Below, in pieces: positions 9,059-18,418 of a DNA stretch of 64,000 bases. A model generated the notes under the pieces. It saw only the letters and a list, made by a program, of their open reading frames with translations, ran no database searches and was not told the origin of the DNA. Position numbers and translations under genes: made by a program. Within the stretch, counting starts at the first letter, position 1; each line of letters begins with the position of its first letter. Where the stretch lies: positions 62,001-126,000 of IMG/VR virus record IMGVR_UViG_3300042922_001182; one strand, 5' to 3'.

Positions 9059-9070
9059 CATTGTAGTGTT
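9059..9070 (-). promoter_or_regulatory. Late-type promoter AACA-ctacaa-TG facing the 8960-9001 hairpin
   Basis: Reverse-complement match to AACA-N6-TG. Confidence 0.45.
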
Positions 9071-9187
9071 CCTTGACAATTCTCCAGGAAACGTAGAGAA
9101 TGAATCAGATAAGGTCTTGAATGTTGATTGAGATATTCAGCTAAATGTCAAGGAAAATCTTAAAGATTTAGCCATAAAACTGAAAGT

Positions 9188-9199
9188 AACATTGGATTG
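9188..9199 (+). promoter_or_regulatory. Late-type promoter AACA-ttggat-TG
   Basis: Motif match, but in an AT-rich island where chance matches are more likely. Confidence 0.35.
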
Positions 9200-9306
9200 A
9201 ACTTCGTTGAGAAACCTAGAGAGAATGTAATAAGAACCTAAAAAGACCTGGAAACGCGCACGCGAGAGCGCCAACGGGCGCACCGAGAGCAACACGGGAG
9301 GACGAG

Positions 9307-10254
9307 TTGCCTGAGATCACCACCATGTACAACACCTACGCCGCGAGCATCATCAAGTTCCGGCGGAAGCTGGAGCAGATATCGACGAGGCTCGACCAGG
9401 CCATGGATGTCGAGATCAACAAGAGCGTCTTCGAAACCCCGCTGACCGATAGGGCGAAGGAGGTATGTCTAGCCTTTGGCGAAGAAATCAAGGAGACCCT
9501 ATCTCACTACTTCGCCGCCTACCTGGCCCAGGGGGCCAGCCCTTACGTCTACATTTCCTACAACACCTCTACATGCGGGACAAGGATCGTCCTCCCCGAG
9601 TGGTTCCACTCCTTCGAGAACCTGGTGTTCAACAAGGACAAGGGCCTCTGGATGGTGGACGTGAACTGCTTCCCGAAGCCCTTCTTCCTGTCTTCCACCC
9701 GTAAGGACATCCTGGGAATGGGCATCAAGGAGCTGCACGCGCCCCACGCCTTCCAGGAGAATCACAGGGTCTTCACTACCTACGAGGAAGCCTTGAGCTT
9801 CAGTCGGAAGCTAACCGAACAGGCCCTGAAGGATACGGGGAAGGTCATCTGCGACCTCCGGCAGCACGCCTACGTGCTGAGCCTGCTCAGCCCCCTCCGG
9901 ACCTTCAACGAGGCCGAGGTCCTGGTCGATAGGCAGCGGAAACTAAACGAGAAAATCCGGGGCAAACAAGGTCATGTGTGGTTCGTCGACGACAACGGCG
10001 CAGTGTGCGCTGCGTCCTGCAGCCACGTCTCCGTCAACAGGCGCAAGGGCCTGGGTAAGCTCTACTCCTACCGGGTGAATGGCCTGGGCTGGGTGGACGC
10101 CTCCAAGCTCTACTGCGAACAGCACGAGGCTATGCAGGACTTGGTCGGAAGGAAGGCCAAGGAGCTCGAACACCTGGAGATGCAGATCGCTCTCCGGAAG
10201 AGGGAGCTCGACAGCACCAACCCCCCGGACAACGGGTCCCCCGCCGGATCCTAG
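9307..10254 (+). CDS. Hypothetical protein
   Basis: GGGAGG RBS, TTG start, 315-aa ORF. Confidence 0.7.
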   Translation: MPEITTMYNTYAASIIKFRRKLEQISTRLDQAMDVEINKSVFETPLTDRAKEVCLAFGEEIKETLSHYFAAYLAQGASPYVYISYNTSTCGTRIVLPEWFHSFENLVFNKDKGLWMVDVNCFPKPFFLSSTRKDILGMGIKELHAPHAFQENHRVFTTYEEALSFSRKLTEQALKDTGKVICDLRQHAYVLSLLSPLRTFNEAEVLVDRQRKLNEKIRGKQGHVWFVDDNGAVCAASCSHVSVNRRKGLGKLYSYRVNGLGWVDASKLYCEQHEAMQDLVGRKAKELEHLEMQIALRKRELDSTNPPDNGSPAGS

Positions 10255-10278
10255 TCAACAGAAAGGAAAACCTACACC

Positions 10279-11484
10279 ATGCTCATGGGACTTTTCCGCA
10301 AGGAAGCCGCGAAGGAAGCCCTCGGTCGCGAGACGCGTCACCCGACGTACGCCACCGGCTTCCACGGCATGGACTACCGCAACGGCTACATCGACGACCA
10401 GGGCTACGTCCAGGCCGGTCTCGACGGTGGTCGCATCCTGACCCTGGTCGGCAACTCCGGCACGGGTAAGTCGACCTTCGGCATGCAGATCGCCGCCAAC
10501 ATGGTCAAGCCGTTCGAGAACGGCATCATCCTCCACTACGACTTCGAGCGAGCCACCAACAAGGAGCGCTTCCGCAAGATCTCCGGCTGGAGCAAGGCCG
10601 AGGTCGAGGCCAAGTACCAGCACCTCAACACCGAGATCTACGCCGAGACCGTCTTCTCCGCGATCCGCAAGACCGCCGACCTGAAGCTGGCCAACTTCGA
10701 CAAGCTGAAGGTCGCCATCAAGTGGGACGAGAGCGGCAAGGAGATCGAGTGGGGCCTGCCTCCGACCGTCATCTTCGTCGACTCGCTGGCGCTGATGATG
10801 CCCAAGAAGATCACCGAGGAGGAGGAGCTGTCCGGCTCGATGTCGGCCTCGGCCGTCGCCAAGGTGAACACCGCCGTCCTGAAGCGCTGCATGAGCCCCC
10901 TGCAGGACGGCAACATCTTCCTGATCATCATCAACCACATCAACAAGAAGATCGAGATCAACCCGATGATCAAGACGCAGGCCGACGTCAACTACCTGAA
11001 GCAGGACGAGAGCCTGCCGGGCGGCAAGGCGGCGGTCTACCTCGCCAACTACCTCATCAAGCTCGTGGCCTCCAAGAAGCTGAAGAAGGAGGAGGAGCTG
11101 GGCGTGGACGGCTTCCTGGTGACCGGCGAGCTCATCAAGAGCCGCTCGAACGCCGCCGGTAAGACATTCGTGCTGGTCTTCGATCAGGCCAACGGCATGA
11201 ACGCTGACCTGTCGGCCTACGTGGCCCTCAAGGACGCCAAGAAGATCGGCGGCGCCGGTCGCAGCTGGTACCTGGAGAACATGCCCGAGGTCAAGTTCGC
11301 GCAGAAGGACTTCCTGGAGAAGCTGAACAGCGTCCCCGGGATGCGCGACAAGTTCGACGAGCTCTGCTTCAACCACTTCTCGGACATGATCCCCGCCGAG
11401 GACGACTACGAGGACCAGCCCGACCTGTCCTCGTTGCAGGAGCACTTCGAAGAGGGCGACGACGGCGAGATCCCGGACGCCTAG
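10279..11484 (+). CDS. RecA/UvsX-like recombinase
   Basis: Walker A GNSGTGKST, HYDFE, Walker B VIFVDSLA, IIINHI, LPGGKA..Y, IKSR. Confidence 0.85.
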   Translation: MLMGLFRKEAAKEALGRETRHPTYATGFHGMDYRNGYIDDQGYVQAGLDGGRILTLVGNSGTGKSTFGMQIAANMVKPFENGIILHYDFERATNKERFRKISGWSKAEVEAKYQHLNTEIYAETVFSAIRKTADLKLANFDKLKVAIKWDESGKEIEWGLPPTVIFVDSLALMMPKKITEEEELSGSMSASAVAKVNTAVLKRCMSPLQDGNIFLIIINHINKKIEINPMIKTQADVNYLKQDESLPGGKAAVYLANYLIKLVASKKLKKEEELGVDGFLVTGELIKSRSNAAGKTFVLVFDQANGMNADLSAYVALKDAKKIGGAGRSWYLENMPEVKFAQKDFLEKLNSVPGMRDKFDELCFNHFSDMIPAEDDYEDQPDLSSLQEHFEEGDDGEIPDA

Positions 11485-11513
11485 GTAGGGCTCCCGGCGC
11501 AAGCAACCAAGGG

Positions 11514-11542
11514 GTTTGCGCCGGGCCCTTCCGGGGTATGAT
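11514..11542 (+). promoter_or_regulatory. GTTTG-N15-GGGTATGAT element (SigB/SigF-like; overlaps a -10 TATGAT)
   Basis: Same geometry as 21710-21738. Confidence 0.5.
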
Positions 11543-11563
11543 AAGGGGCGGGCCCGCGTCAAG

Positions 11564-11573
11564 CACATATTAT
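11564..11573 (+). promoter_or_regulatory. Early-type motif CACATATTAT
   Basis: Exact copy of 16793 and 35905. Confidence 0.55.
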
Positions 11574-11652
11574 GAATCGGGACTACAACCGCCGGGAAAC
11601 CCTGGCAAGACCCGGCAGACAGCTAAACGTTTACAGAAAGGAAGGCTTAGCC

Positions 11653-13590
11653 TTGCACGACAGGATCGACATCGAGGCCTACCGCAACACCGACCGCTTC
11701 CTTGGGGAGGAGGTCCTCTTCCCCTTCGTGAGGAGCACCGACGGCTCGCGAGAGCTGATGGCCTCGTCCCAGGTCCACCAGGCGCTCGTCCTGACCAACG
11801 GTGAGTTCCCCCGCGTCTTCACCGGGTACGAGAACCAGGTGGGGAAGTACAGCTCCGCCTACCTCCGCGCCGAGCAGGAGCTCAAGATTCTCGAAGTCAT
11901 CGGGAAGAACCCGTACAACGCGCTCATCGTCTACGAGGACGAGGAGGGGACCATCGGCGTCATCTGGCGGAAGGAGTGCGAGAGCCTCTCCGAGCACTTC
12001 GGCTACCAGTACGACAACACCTACTTGGACGGGAAGTGGGAGGGCGACACGATCGCCAAGGGGGACGTCATCCGGCGGGGGACCGCCTACGACGAGGAGA
12101 TGAACTTCTCCTTCGGAACCAACCTCAGGGCGGTCTACATCCCCTGGGACGGAATGACCTTCGAGGACGCTATCGTCATCAGCGAGAGCACGTCCAAGAA
12201 GCTTGAGACCTCCTTGGTGGAGGTCGTCACGATCAACATGAACACCAACGACCTGGCCCTCAACCTCTACGGGGACGAGGATCCCAGCGGCTACAAGTCG
12301 TTCCCCGACATCGGCGAGGAGGTCAAGAACGGCATCCTCATGGCCCGTCGCCGCATCAACTACGAGTCCGCCCTTGTGGACCTGAGCACCAACCTCCTGA
12401 CCCAGGTCAACCCCAGTCGGGACACGGTGTTCTACTGCAACGGCACCGTGGTGGACATCGAGATCTTCAACAACGACGACGTCAACCGCCTGGAGAAGTA
12501 CGACTACAACGCCCAGATGCTCAAGTACCTGGCCGTGAACATGGAGTTCTACCGCGACGTGGACAGGGTCCTCGGCGCGTACATCAACGGCGGTCGCTCC
12601 TACACGGAGGACGCCGCCGCCGCCTACCGCCGCGCCCGGGACATCTGCAAGGATGGCGAGGAGCGCATCCGCTGGCGGCAGAACAAGAACGACTTCGAGT
12701 CCTACGTCATCCGGTTCACCCTGCTGCACAAGACCACGGCCAAGCCCGGGTCGAAGCTGGCGAACCGCTACGGCGGCAAGGGCGTCATCTCGCTCATCCT
12801 CCCCGACGACCAGATGCCGGTCAACGAGCACGGCGAGCGGGCCGAGATCATCCTCAGCCCTCTTGGCGTCACCAACCGCCTCAACCCGTCCCAGCTGATC
12901 GAGCAGGAGCTCAACTTCGTGGCGGACCACATCATGCGGGAGGCCAGGAAGGCGCCCGACACCATGACGGCGTGGGGTCTAATCCAGGACCTGCTCATCC
13001 AGGTCAGCCCCACCCAGGCGTCGGCCATGGCCAGCCACCTGTACAAGGAGGACATGGAGAGCTTCGTCAAGTCCATCCTGGACGACAAGCTCTACATCCA
13101 CCAGGCGCCGTTCTGGGGGAACCTGGACCTCGGCGGCCTGATCGAGCTGTACACCAAATACCCGTGGATCAAGCCCTACAAGATGAGCTGCTCCGAGAAG
13201 CCGCTGATCATGGGCGACATCTACTTCATGCTCCTGAAGCACGAGCCGATGACGAAGTTCTCGGTTCGCTCCACCAGCACCGTGAGCAACCGTGGCACCC
13301 CCTCCAAGAGCAGCCGCTACAAGGAGCACCAGCAGCCGTTCAGCCACACGCCGATCAAGATCGGCGAGATGGAGACCTTCAACATGTTCGCCACCGGCAA
13401 CTTCGAGGAGGTCCTCCGCATGCTCAACCTCTACTCCTCCAACCCGGGGGACAGAGAGCACCTCGCAAATGTTCTCCTCAAGACGAACATCTTCGACAGC
13501 AAGCAGGTAGATTCGCTCGGCGGCGAATCCAGCGTCAAGTCTATCATGGACGTACTGCTCACCAGCGCCGGTCTCCGGCTTACCGATTAG
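11653..13590 (+). CDS. RNA polymerase beta subunit, C-terminal half (probably non-virion RNAP)
   Basis: DGSRELMASSQVHQA, GMTFEDAIVISE, GSKLANRYGGKGVIS, IILSPLGVTNRLNPSQL, IKIGEME. The TTG11653 start is preferred (AAGGAAGG RBS) because ATG11572 lies inside the promoter motif. Confidence 0.9.
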   Translation: MHDRIDIEAYRNTDRFLGEEVLFPFVRSTDGSRELMASSQVHQALVLTNGEFPRVFTGYENQVGKYSSAYLRAEQELKILEVIGKNPYNALIVYEDEEGTIGVIWRKECESLSEHFGYQYDNTYLDGKWEGDTIAKGDVIRRGTAYDEEMNFSFGTNLRAVYIPWDGMTFEDAIVISESTSKKLETSLVEVVTINMNTNDLALNLYGDEDPSGYKSFPDIGEEVKNGILMARRRINYESALVDLSTNLLTQVNPSRDTVFYCNGTVVDIEIFNNDDVNRLEKYDYNAQMLKYLAVNMEFYRDVDRVLGAYINGGRSYTEDAAAAYRRARDICKDGEERIRWRQNKNDFESYVIRFTLLHKTTAKPGSKLANRYGGKGVISLILPDDQMPVNEHGERAEIILSPLGVTNRLNPSQLIEQELNFVADHIMREARKAPDTMTAWGLIQDLLIQVSPTQASAMASHLYKEDMESFVKSILDDKLYIHQAPFWGNLDLGGLIELYTKYPWIKPYKMSCSEKPLIMGDIYFMLLKHEPMTKFSVRSTSTVSNRGTPSKSSRYKEHQQPFSHTPIKIGEMETFNMFATGNFEEVLRMLNLYSSNPGDREHLANVLLKTNIFDSKQVDSLGGESSVKSIMDVLLTSAGLRLTD

Positions 13591-13603
13591 GAAAGAGAGA
13601 AAA

Positions 13604-14614
13604 ATGACCAAGAAGGCCTTCACCACCGTATTCCTCCCCGTCCGTCCCACGCTGGACGCGGCGGTCGCCTCGTACATCCTTTCCACCGAGCTGGCCGCCA
13701 CCGTCTGCAAGATGGTCGTCGTGCCCATCGGCAGCCCGCCGTTCGACCTGACGGACGGCCAGGCCTCTTTCCAGATCGTCAGCAGCAACCGTCGCGGCGA
13801 CTCGATGAAGTTCGTCCACCCCAAGGAGGGCGGCTCCGGCACCATGACCGAGAACGTCCTGGAGCTCCTGGACAAGGAGTCCCGGGCCAAGTACGCCCGG
13901 GTGACCAAGCTCGTCACCGAGGCGGCCCGAAAGCAGCGCGGCGGCGAGAGCCTGGCGACCATCGCGGCCCTCTATGACGCGATGACCGTCTACGGCTCGC
14001 CCGGGGAGGACACCTACGAGGTCATCACCCGCTTCTGGTCCATCCTGGGCTCCTTCGTCCAGGGCGAGGTGCGCCGCATGAAGGCCGAGAAGGACCTGAT
14101 CTCGAAGGTCGTCGATCGCCGGGAGACCGTCAAGTACAAGGGCGCGAACATCCGCATCGCCCGCATCTCCAAGCAGATCAACAACCGCGAGCTCGGCGCC
14201 ATCCTGTCGAAGTTCGACATGGTGGTCTACCAGGTTCGCAACGTCGCCCACGCCCTCAACAGCTACAACAAGGCCCCGGTGAAGGTGTCCATGAAGGACA
14301 TCGCCTCCAAGAAGCCGAACAGCGGTTGGTTCGTGAACGACCACGACACGATGATCAAGACCGAGGGCACCAAGACCAGCGTCTCCGAGCTCTTCGACCA
14401 CGTCATCCTGTCGCTCGGCGGCACCGTGAAGCGCAAGGAGAGGCAGGCCCCGGAGCCGAAGGTCATCGCCGTCGAGGAGATCACCCTCAGCCTCGAACCG
14501 ACCGACGACGTTTCCTTCAAGGCGTCCTCGGTCGTCGTGGAGGGTGAGCTCGTGGTGAAGGGCGACGTGACCGTCACCGCCCCGACCATCGACCTCCAGC
14601 CCACCGAGGCCTAG
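13604..14614 (+). CDS. Hypothetical protein
   Basis: Purine-rich RBS, strong codon bias. Confidence 0.75.
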   Translation: MTKKAFTTVFLPVRPTLDAAVASYILSTELAATVCKMVVVPIGSPPFDLTDGQASFQIVSSNRRGDSMKFVHPKEGGSGTMTENVLELLDKESRAKYARVTKLVTEAARKQRGGESLATIAALYDAMTVYGSPGEDTYEVITRFWSILGSFVQGEVRRMKAEKDLISKVVDRRETVKYKGANIRIARISKQINNRELGAILSKFDMVVYQVRNVAHALNSYNKAPVKVSMKDIASKKPNSGWFVNDHDTMIKTEGTKTSVSELFDHVILSLGGTVKRKERQAPEPKVIAVEEITLSLEPTDDVSFKASSVVVEGELVVKGDVTVTAPTIDLQPTEA

Positions 14615-14624
14615 TCCAACACAC

Positions 14625-14652
14625 GACCGGAAGCGCAACCGCGCTTCCGGTC
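14625..14652. terminator. Intergenic hairpin
   Basis: GACCGGAAGCGC / GCGCTTCCGGTC. Confidence 0.45.
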
Positions 14653-14677
14653 TCAGCCTTCTAAGAGAGGATTCCAA

Positions 14678-16786
14678 GTGTCCGATATCAGAATCGACAT
14701 CCGCCATGCCGCCATGGAGGCCATCGAGAACGGCACCCTGAAGGACAAGCCGACCCTGGCCAAGAGGCTCGGCGAGTTCTTGGAGCACTGCTCCGACGTC
14801 TACTACAACACCGGGGCCAAGGTCGTGTCCGACTGCGAGTACGACACCCTCCGGGACGGCCTCCGGGAGGCCACCAGGTCCAGCCTCCCCGTCGGGGCCA
14901 CCCCCCGCTCCGGCATGCTGACGGAGGAGCACGACTTCCCCGAGCTGGTCGGGACCCTGGACAAGCGAAACGTCGTATTCGGTGAGAAGAGCTTCCACGA
15001 GTGGCTGTTCAAGGCCATGACACGCGCCGGTGTGTCCAGGGCCCGTATGGCGGGTAGCCTCAAGCGGGACGGGAACAGCGCCGTGGTCACCTACCTCCGT
15101 GGCACCCCGGTCTCGGCGGTGACTCGCGGCAAGGACGGGAAGGGCGTGGACGTGCTCCACCTCCTCCCCAAGCACCGGATCTCCAACCCCTTCGCGGGGG
15201 ACTCCAAGCTCGGCATCAAGTACGAGATCATCATGCGGTACACCAAGCTCGACGCCCTCAACGAGGAGACCGGGCGCGGGTACGTCAGCCCCCGCAGCGT
15301 CGTCAGCGGGCTCCTGGGGAGCAAGGAGGCCTCCGAGGCGGCCCCCTACCTCTCCCTGGCCCCCCTGGACTACAAGCTGGAGGAGGGCGCGTATACGGAC
15401 GACAGGGGCGACCGGCTCGAAGTCCTGCACACCAACTCCATCGGCATCGAGGGCTGCGACGTCCTGCCCCTGGAGATGCTGGTCTTCGAGGGCGACGCCC
15501 AGGAGATCAGCGAGCAGCTCCAGTTCTGGTACGACGAGTGCATCAAGACCCGCCAGGACCTCGACTTCATGGTCGACGGCCTGGTGCTGGAGTTCCTTGA
15601 CGAGGACGTGCGGGAGGAGCTTGGCTGGACCGAGGACGGCTCCGAGCCACGCTGGGCCATGGCGCTCAAGTTCCCCTACATGGAGCAGACCACCAGGGCC
15701 CGTCGCTTCTTCCTGGAGATCGGGAACCTGGGCCGGGCCACCCCCATGGTGGAGTTCGACCCGGTGTACTTCAACGGCGCCAAGCAGACCAAGTGCTCGT
15801 TGGCCAACTGGAACCGCTGGGACAAGCTCGCCCCCATCGGGATCGGCACGGAGGGCCTGATCGAGTACCGCAACGACACGCTGTCGTACTTCGTCAAGCT
15901 CGACCTGGCGAGCAACGACCTCGTCGAGCCCTTCAAGTTCGAGGAGCGGTGCCCCTCGTGCGACACCCTGTTCTACTTCACGCACAACAAGGAAGGCGAG
16001 AGGGTGTTCGCCTACTGCACCAACTCCCACTGCCCCTCCGTCGTCGTCGGCAAGACGGTCAACTTCCTTGAGAAGATGGACGTCAAGCTGGTGAAGGAGT
16101 CGACGCTCAGGAAGCTGTACGACCACCACATGCTTCCGGCTGGCATCGAGAGCCTGTTCTCCCTCGACTACGAGGAGGTGGCGGTGCTCAACGGCCTCGG
16201 CAAGAAGTCGGCCGACGTCATCCGGCAGGCCGTGGAATCCATGAAGGGCTGCTGGGACTGGCAGCTCCTGGGGTCCCTCGGCATCGACAGCATCGGCAGG
16301 ACGCTGGCCAAGCGCCTGATGAAGGTCTACGACCTCTACGACCTGCTGGAGCTGATGAACGCCGAGGACAGCGCCGACGGCACCGAGAGGGCGTTCGTCC
16401 GCACCATCACCGCGACGGTCGAGGGCTTCGCCGAGAGCAAGAGCCAGAAGCTCTACGACGGCATCAACATCAACTGGGACCTGATCGTCTTCCTGTACGA
16501 GGCCCTGGAGCCGAAGACCTACCGGGACGAGCTGTCCAAGGCCAAGACCTCCGGTCCCAGCCTCAACCTGGTGGTGACCGGCTCGCTGAAGAACTGGTCC
16601 AGCCGCGACGAGCTGAAGGACAAGCTGGACCTCCTGGGCCACAAGATGTCCGACACGGTCAGCGCCAAGACCTCCTACCTCGTCACCAACACCCCCCACT
16701 CCGGGACCGGCAAGAACAAGAAGGCCCAGGAGCTCAAGGTCCCCATCATCACCGAGGACGAGCTGATGGCGATGCTCAACCTCTAG
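14678..16786 (+). CDS. ligA: NAD-dependent DNA ligase
   Basis: YY..G..V.SD.EYD, adenylation motif K.DG (LKRDG), TRGKDG.G.DV, DGLVLE, RWAMALKF, Zn finger CPSC...CTNSHC, HhH, C-terminal BRCT (VVTG..VSAKTSYLV). Confidence 0.93.
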   Translation: MSDIRIDIRHAAMEAIENGTLKDKPTLAKRLGEFLEHCSDVYYNTGAKVVSDCEYDTLRDGLREATRSSLPVGATPRSGMLTEEHDFPELVGTLDKRNVVFGEKSFHEWLFKAMTRAGVSRARMAGSLKRDGNSAVVTYLRGTPVSAVTRGKDGKGVDVLHLLPKHRISNPFAGDSKLGIKYEIIMRYTKLDALNEETGRGYVSPRSVVSGLLGSKEASEAAPYLSLAPLDYKLEEGAYTDDRGDRLEVLHTNSIGIEGCDVLPLEMLVFEGDAQEISEQLQFWYDECIKTRQDLDFMVDGLVLEFLDEDVREELGWTEDGSEPRWAMALKFPYMEQTTRARRFFLEIGNLGRATPMVEFDPVYFNGAKQTKCSLANWNRWDKLAPIGIGTEGLIEYRNDTLSYFVKLDLASNDLVEPFKFEERCPSCDTLFYFTHNKEGERVFAYCTNSHCPSVVVGKTVNFLEKMDVKLVKESTLRKLYDHHMLPAGIESLFSLDYEEVAVLNGLGKKSADVIRQAVESMKGCWDWQLLGSLGIDSIGRTLAKRLMKVYDLYDLLELMNAEDSADGTERAFVRTITATVEGFAESKSQKLYDGININWDLIVFLYEALEPKTYRDELSKAKTSGPSLNLVVTGSLKNWSSRDELKDKLDLLGHKMSDTVSAKTSYLVTNTPHSGTGKNKKAQELKVPIITEDELMAMLNL

Positions 16787-16792
16787 CACGAT

Positions 16793-16802
16793 CACATATT
16801 AT
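16793..16802 (+). promoter_or_regulatory. Early-type motif CACATATTAT overlapping hairpin 16799-16832
   Basis: Exact motif; TTATCCGAAAGACGC / GCGTCTTTCGGATAA inverted repeat. Confidence 0.55.
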
Positions 16803-16864
16803 CCGAAAGACGCGTGTGCGTCTTTCGGATAACTAACTTTTCTCTCTCGAAAGGAGATACGCGG

Positions 16865-17119
16865 ATGAAGAAGAACGACATCACCATGGCCTTCAAGCAT
16901 GTCAAGAGCGTGGTCGACCCCACCATCACCTACGAGGTCTCCCATTCCAAGAGCTCCCACGCCCCCGGGGCCAAGACCTTCATCAGCATCGACCCCGTCG
17001 AGCACATCGGCACCGACAAGGCAGCGCAGGCCCACATCGGCTCCGAGGTGGGGACCGGCGTCTACCTGGAGGACCTCCCGGCCGTGCTGGAGGCCGTCAA
17101 GTACGTCAGCGACGTCTAG
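16865..17119 (+). CDS. Hypothetical protein
   Basis: AAGGAG RBS. Confidence 0.7.
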   Translation: MKKNDITMAFKHVKSVVDPTITYEVSHSKSSHAPGAKTFISIDPVEHIGTDKAAQAHIGSEVGTGVYLEDLPAVLEAVKYVSDV

Positions 17120-17129
17120 GCGGTCGGGG

Positions 17130-17657
17130 ATGCACGGCCGATACGAGAACCTCCACTACTTCGAAGACTACCACGTCACCAAGGGGTTCTTCGACAGAGA
17201 GCCCATTTCCAAGAGCAGGAGCAAGAGATTGAAGACCAAGAAGAACAACGAGAAGAAGGCCAAGCGGGGGCAGCAACGGATCCGCCTCCCCGAGGGGGTC
17301 AGCGAGGAGAAGATGCGCGAGAAGCTCAGTGATTTCGTCTTCCATGCCCTGGGCCTGGAGCCGGGCGTCTACAACGTCGGCTCAGCGACGGCCCACGTCA
17401 AGGGTACCCCCGCCACCTGCTACGTCCGCGTGAAGCCCACCTGGTCCAGCGAGAGCAGCAAGATGTCGACCATCATCGTGACCCCCGAGTTCGCCGTCCT
17501 CTGCGAGACCGACAACTGGATCGACCTCGGTTGGCATGAGATCGGCAGCCGGTTCTACTACAAGAGCCTCAGCGAGCTGGAGGCCTGGCTCAGGGACCAG
17601 GTCCGCATGCCCGTGTCCCCCGCCTGGAAGGACAAGCTCCTTCCCATCGAGTCCTAA
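17130..17657 (+). CDS. Hypothetical protein (basic N-terminus)
   Basis: Codon bias from ATG17130. Confidence 0.65.
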   Translation: MHGRYENLHYFEDYHVTKGFFDREPISKSRSKRLKTKKNNEKKAKRGQQRIRLPEGVSEEKMREKLSDFVFHALGLEPGVYNVGSATAHVKGTPATCYVRVKPTWSSESSKMSTIIVTPEFAVLCETDNWIDLGWHEIGSRFYYKSLSELEAWLRDQVRMPVSPAWKDKLLPIES

Positions 17658-17666
17658 GGAGGGACC

Positions 17667-18236
17667 ATGCAAGAGAGAAACATCTACAGGGACCGAGACC
17701 TGGTCAAGTGCTGGCTCGACGCCGACGCCATCCTGTCGGGGGCTTCCAACCCGACGGCGGTGGCCCTGACCCTCCACCTGATGCTGTCGGCGCTCACCCA
17801 GCGTATCGGGGGCACCAAGAAGGCGGGGAAGTACGCCCCCGCCCTGGCCGTCCTGGCCCACCTCGACTACCTGATGACCGGCGAGTTCGCCTCCGGGGCG
17901 AAGGAGAGGGCCATCAACGAGGTCTGCCAGCTGATGACCTTCAGGAGCCAGCTGCTCACGCAGGGCAAGGACACCGACGACTACAACATCGAGTTCGGGG
18001 CGGACGGGAGCTACTGGCTCCTCTGGGACGGTGAGGTCGTCACCCTGGGGCAGGAGATGGCCGTCTACAACAGCCGACAAGAGCAAACCGGGACGGGCCT
18101 CGTCACCGGTTTCTCCTACGGGTACGCGACCGACTGGGACATCCCGTCGGAGCTCCGCTTCTGCGTCCTGGTCGGCCAGGTCCCCGTCGACATCACCCGC
18201 GTCAAGCCCATCAACCTCATCACGGAGAAGCGATGA
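17667..18236 (+). CDS. Hypothetical protein
   Basis: AAGGAGG RBS. Confidence 0.75.
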   Translation: MQERNIYRDRDLVKCWLDADAILSGASNPTAVALTLHLMLSALTQRIGGTKKAGKYAPALAVLAHLDYLMTGEFASGAKERAINEVCQLMTFRSQLLTQGKDTDDYNIEFGADGSYWLLWDGEVVTLGQEMAVYNSRQEQTGTGLVTGFSYGYATDWDIPSELRFCVLVGQVPVDITRVKPINLITEKR

Positions 18237-18418
18237 CCACCAACAACAGCGCAGATCGGGCCCGGGAGGCCGTATCCAAGACCGGCCACGCCACGTACCA
18301 AGGCCAGCCCATCCGGGAGTCCGTCGACGGGGGCTACCACGCTGGCCACAACCAGCGTTGGGTCCCCTGCCTGGACTCCGCCCTCTCTCACATCGAAGGG
18401 AGCAACAATGACCGATAA
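18233..18418 (+). CDS. Small hypothetical protein
   Basis: ATGA overlap with the upstream gene. Confidence 0.55.
   Translation: MTTNNSADRAREAVSKTGHATYQGQPIRESVDGGYHAGHNQRWVPCLDSALSHIEGSNNDR

Noticed and set aside
11572-11652. N-terminal extension of RNAP beta-C from ATG11572
   Set aside because: The ATG lies within the CACATATTAT motif, has no RBS and is followed by atypical codons; TTG11653 has a good RBS.
13580-16795. 1071-aa minus-strand ORF, and similar long shadow ORFs (10255..11568, 46033..47655, 54476..56146, 57727..60507)
   Set aside because: They are antisense to clearly recognisable genes, have no RBS or motifs, and are expected from strong C/G third-position bias.
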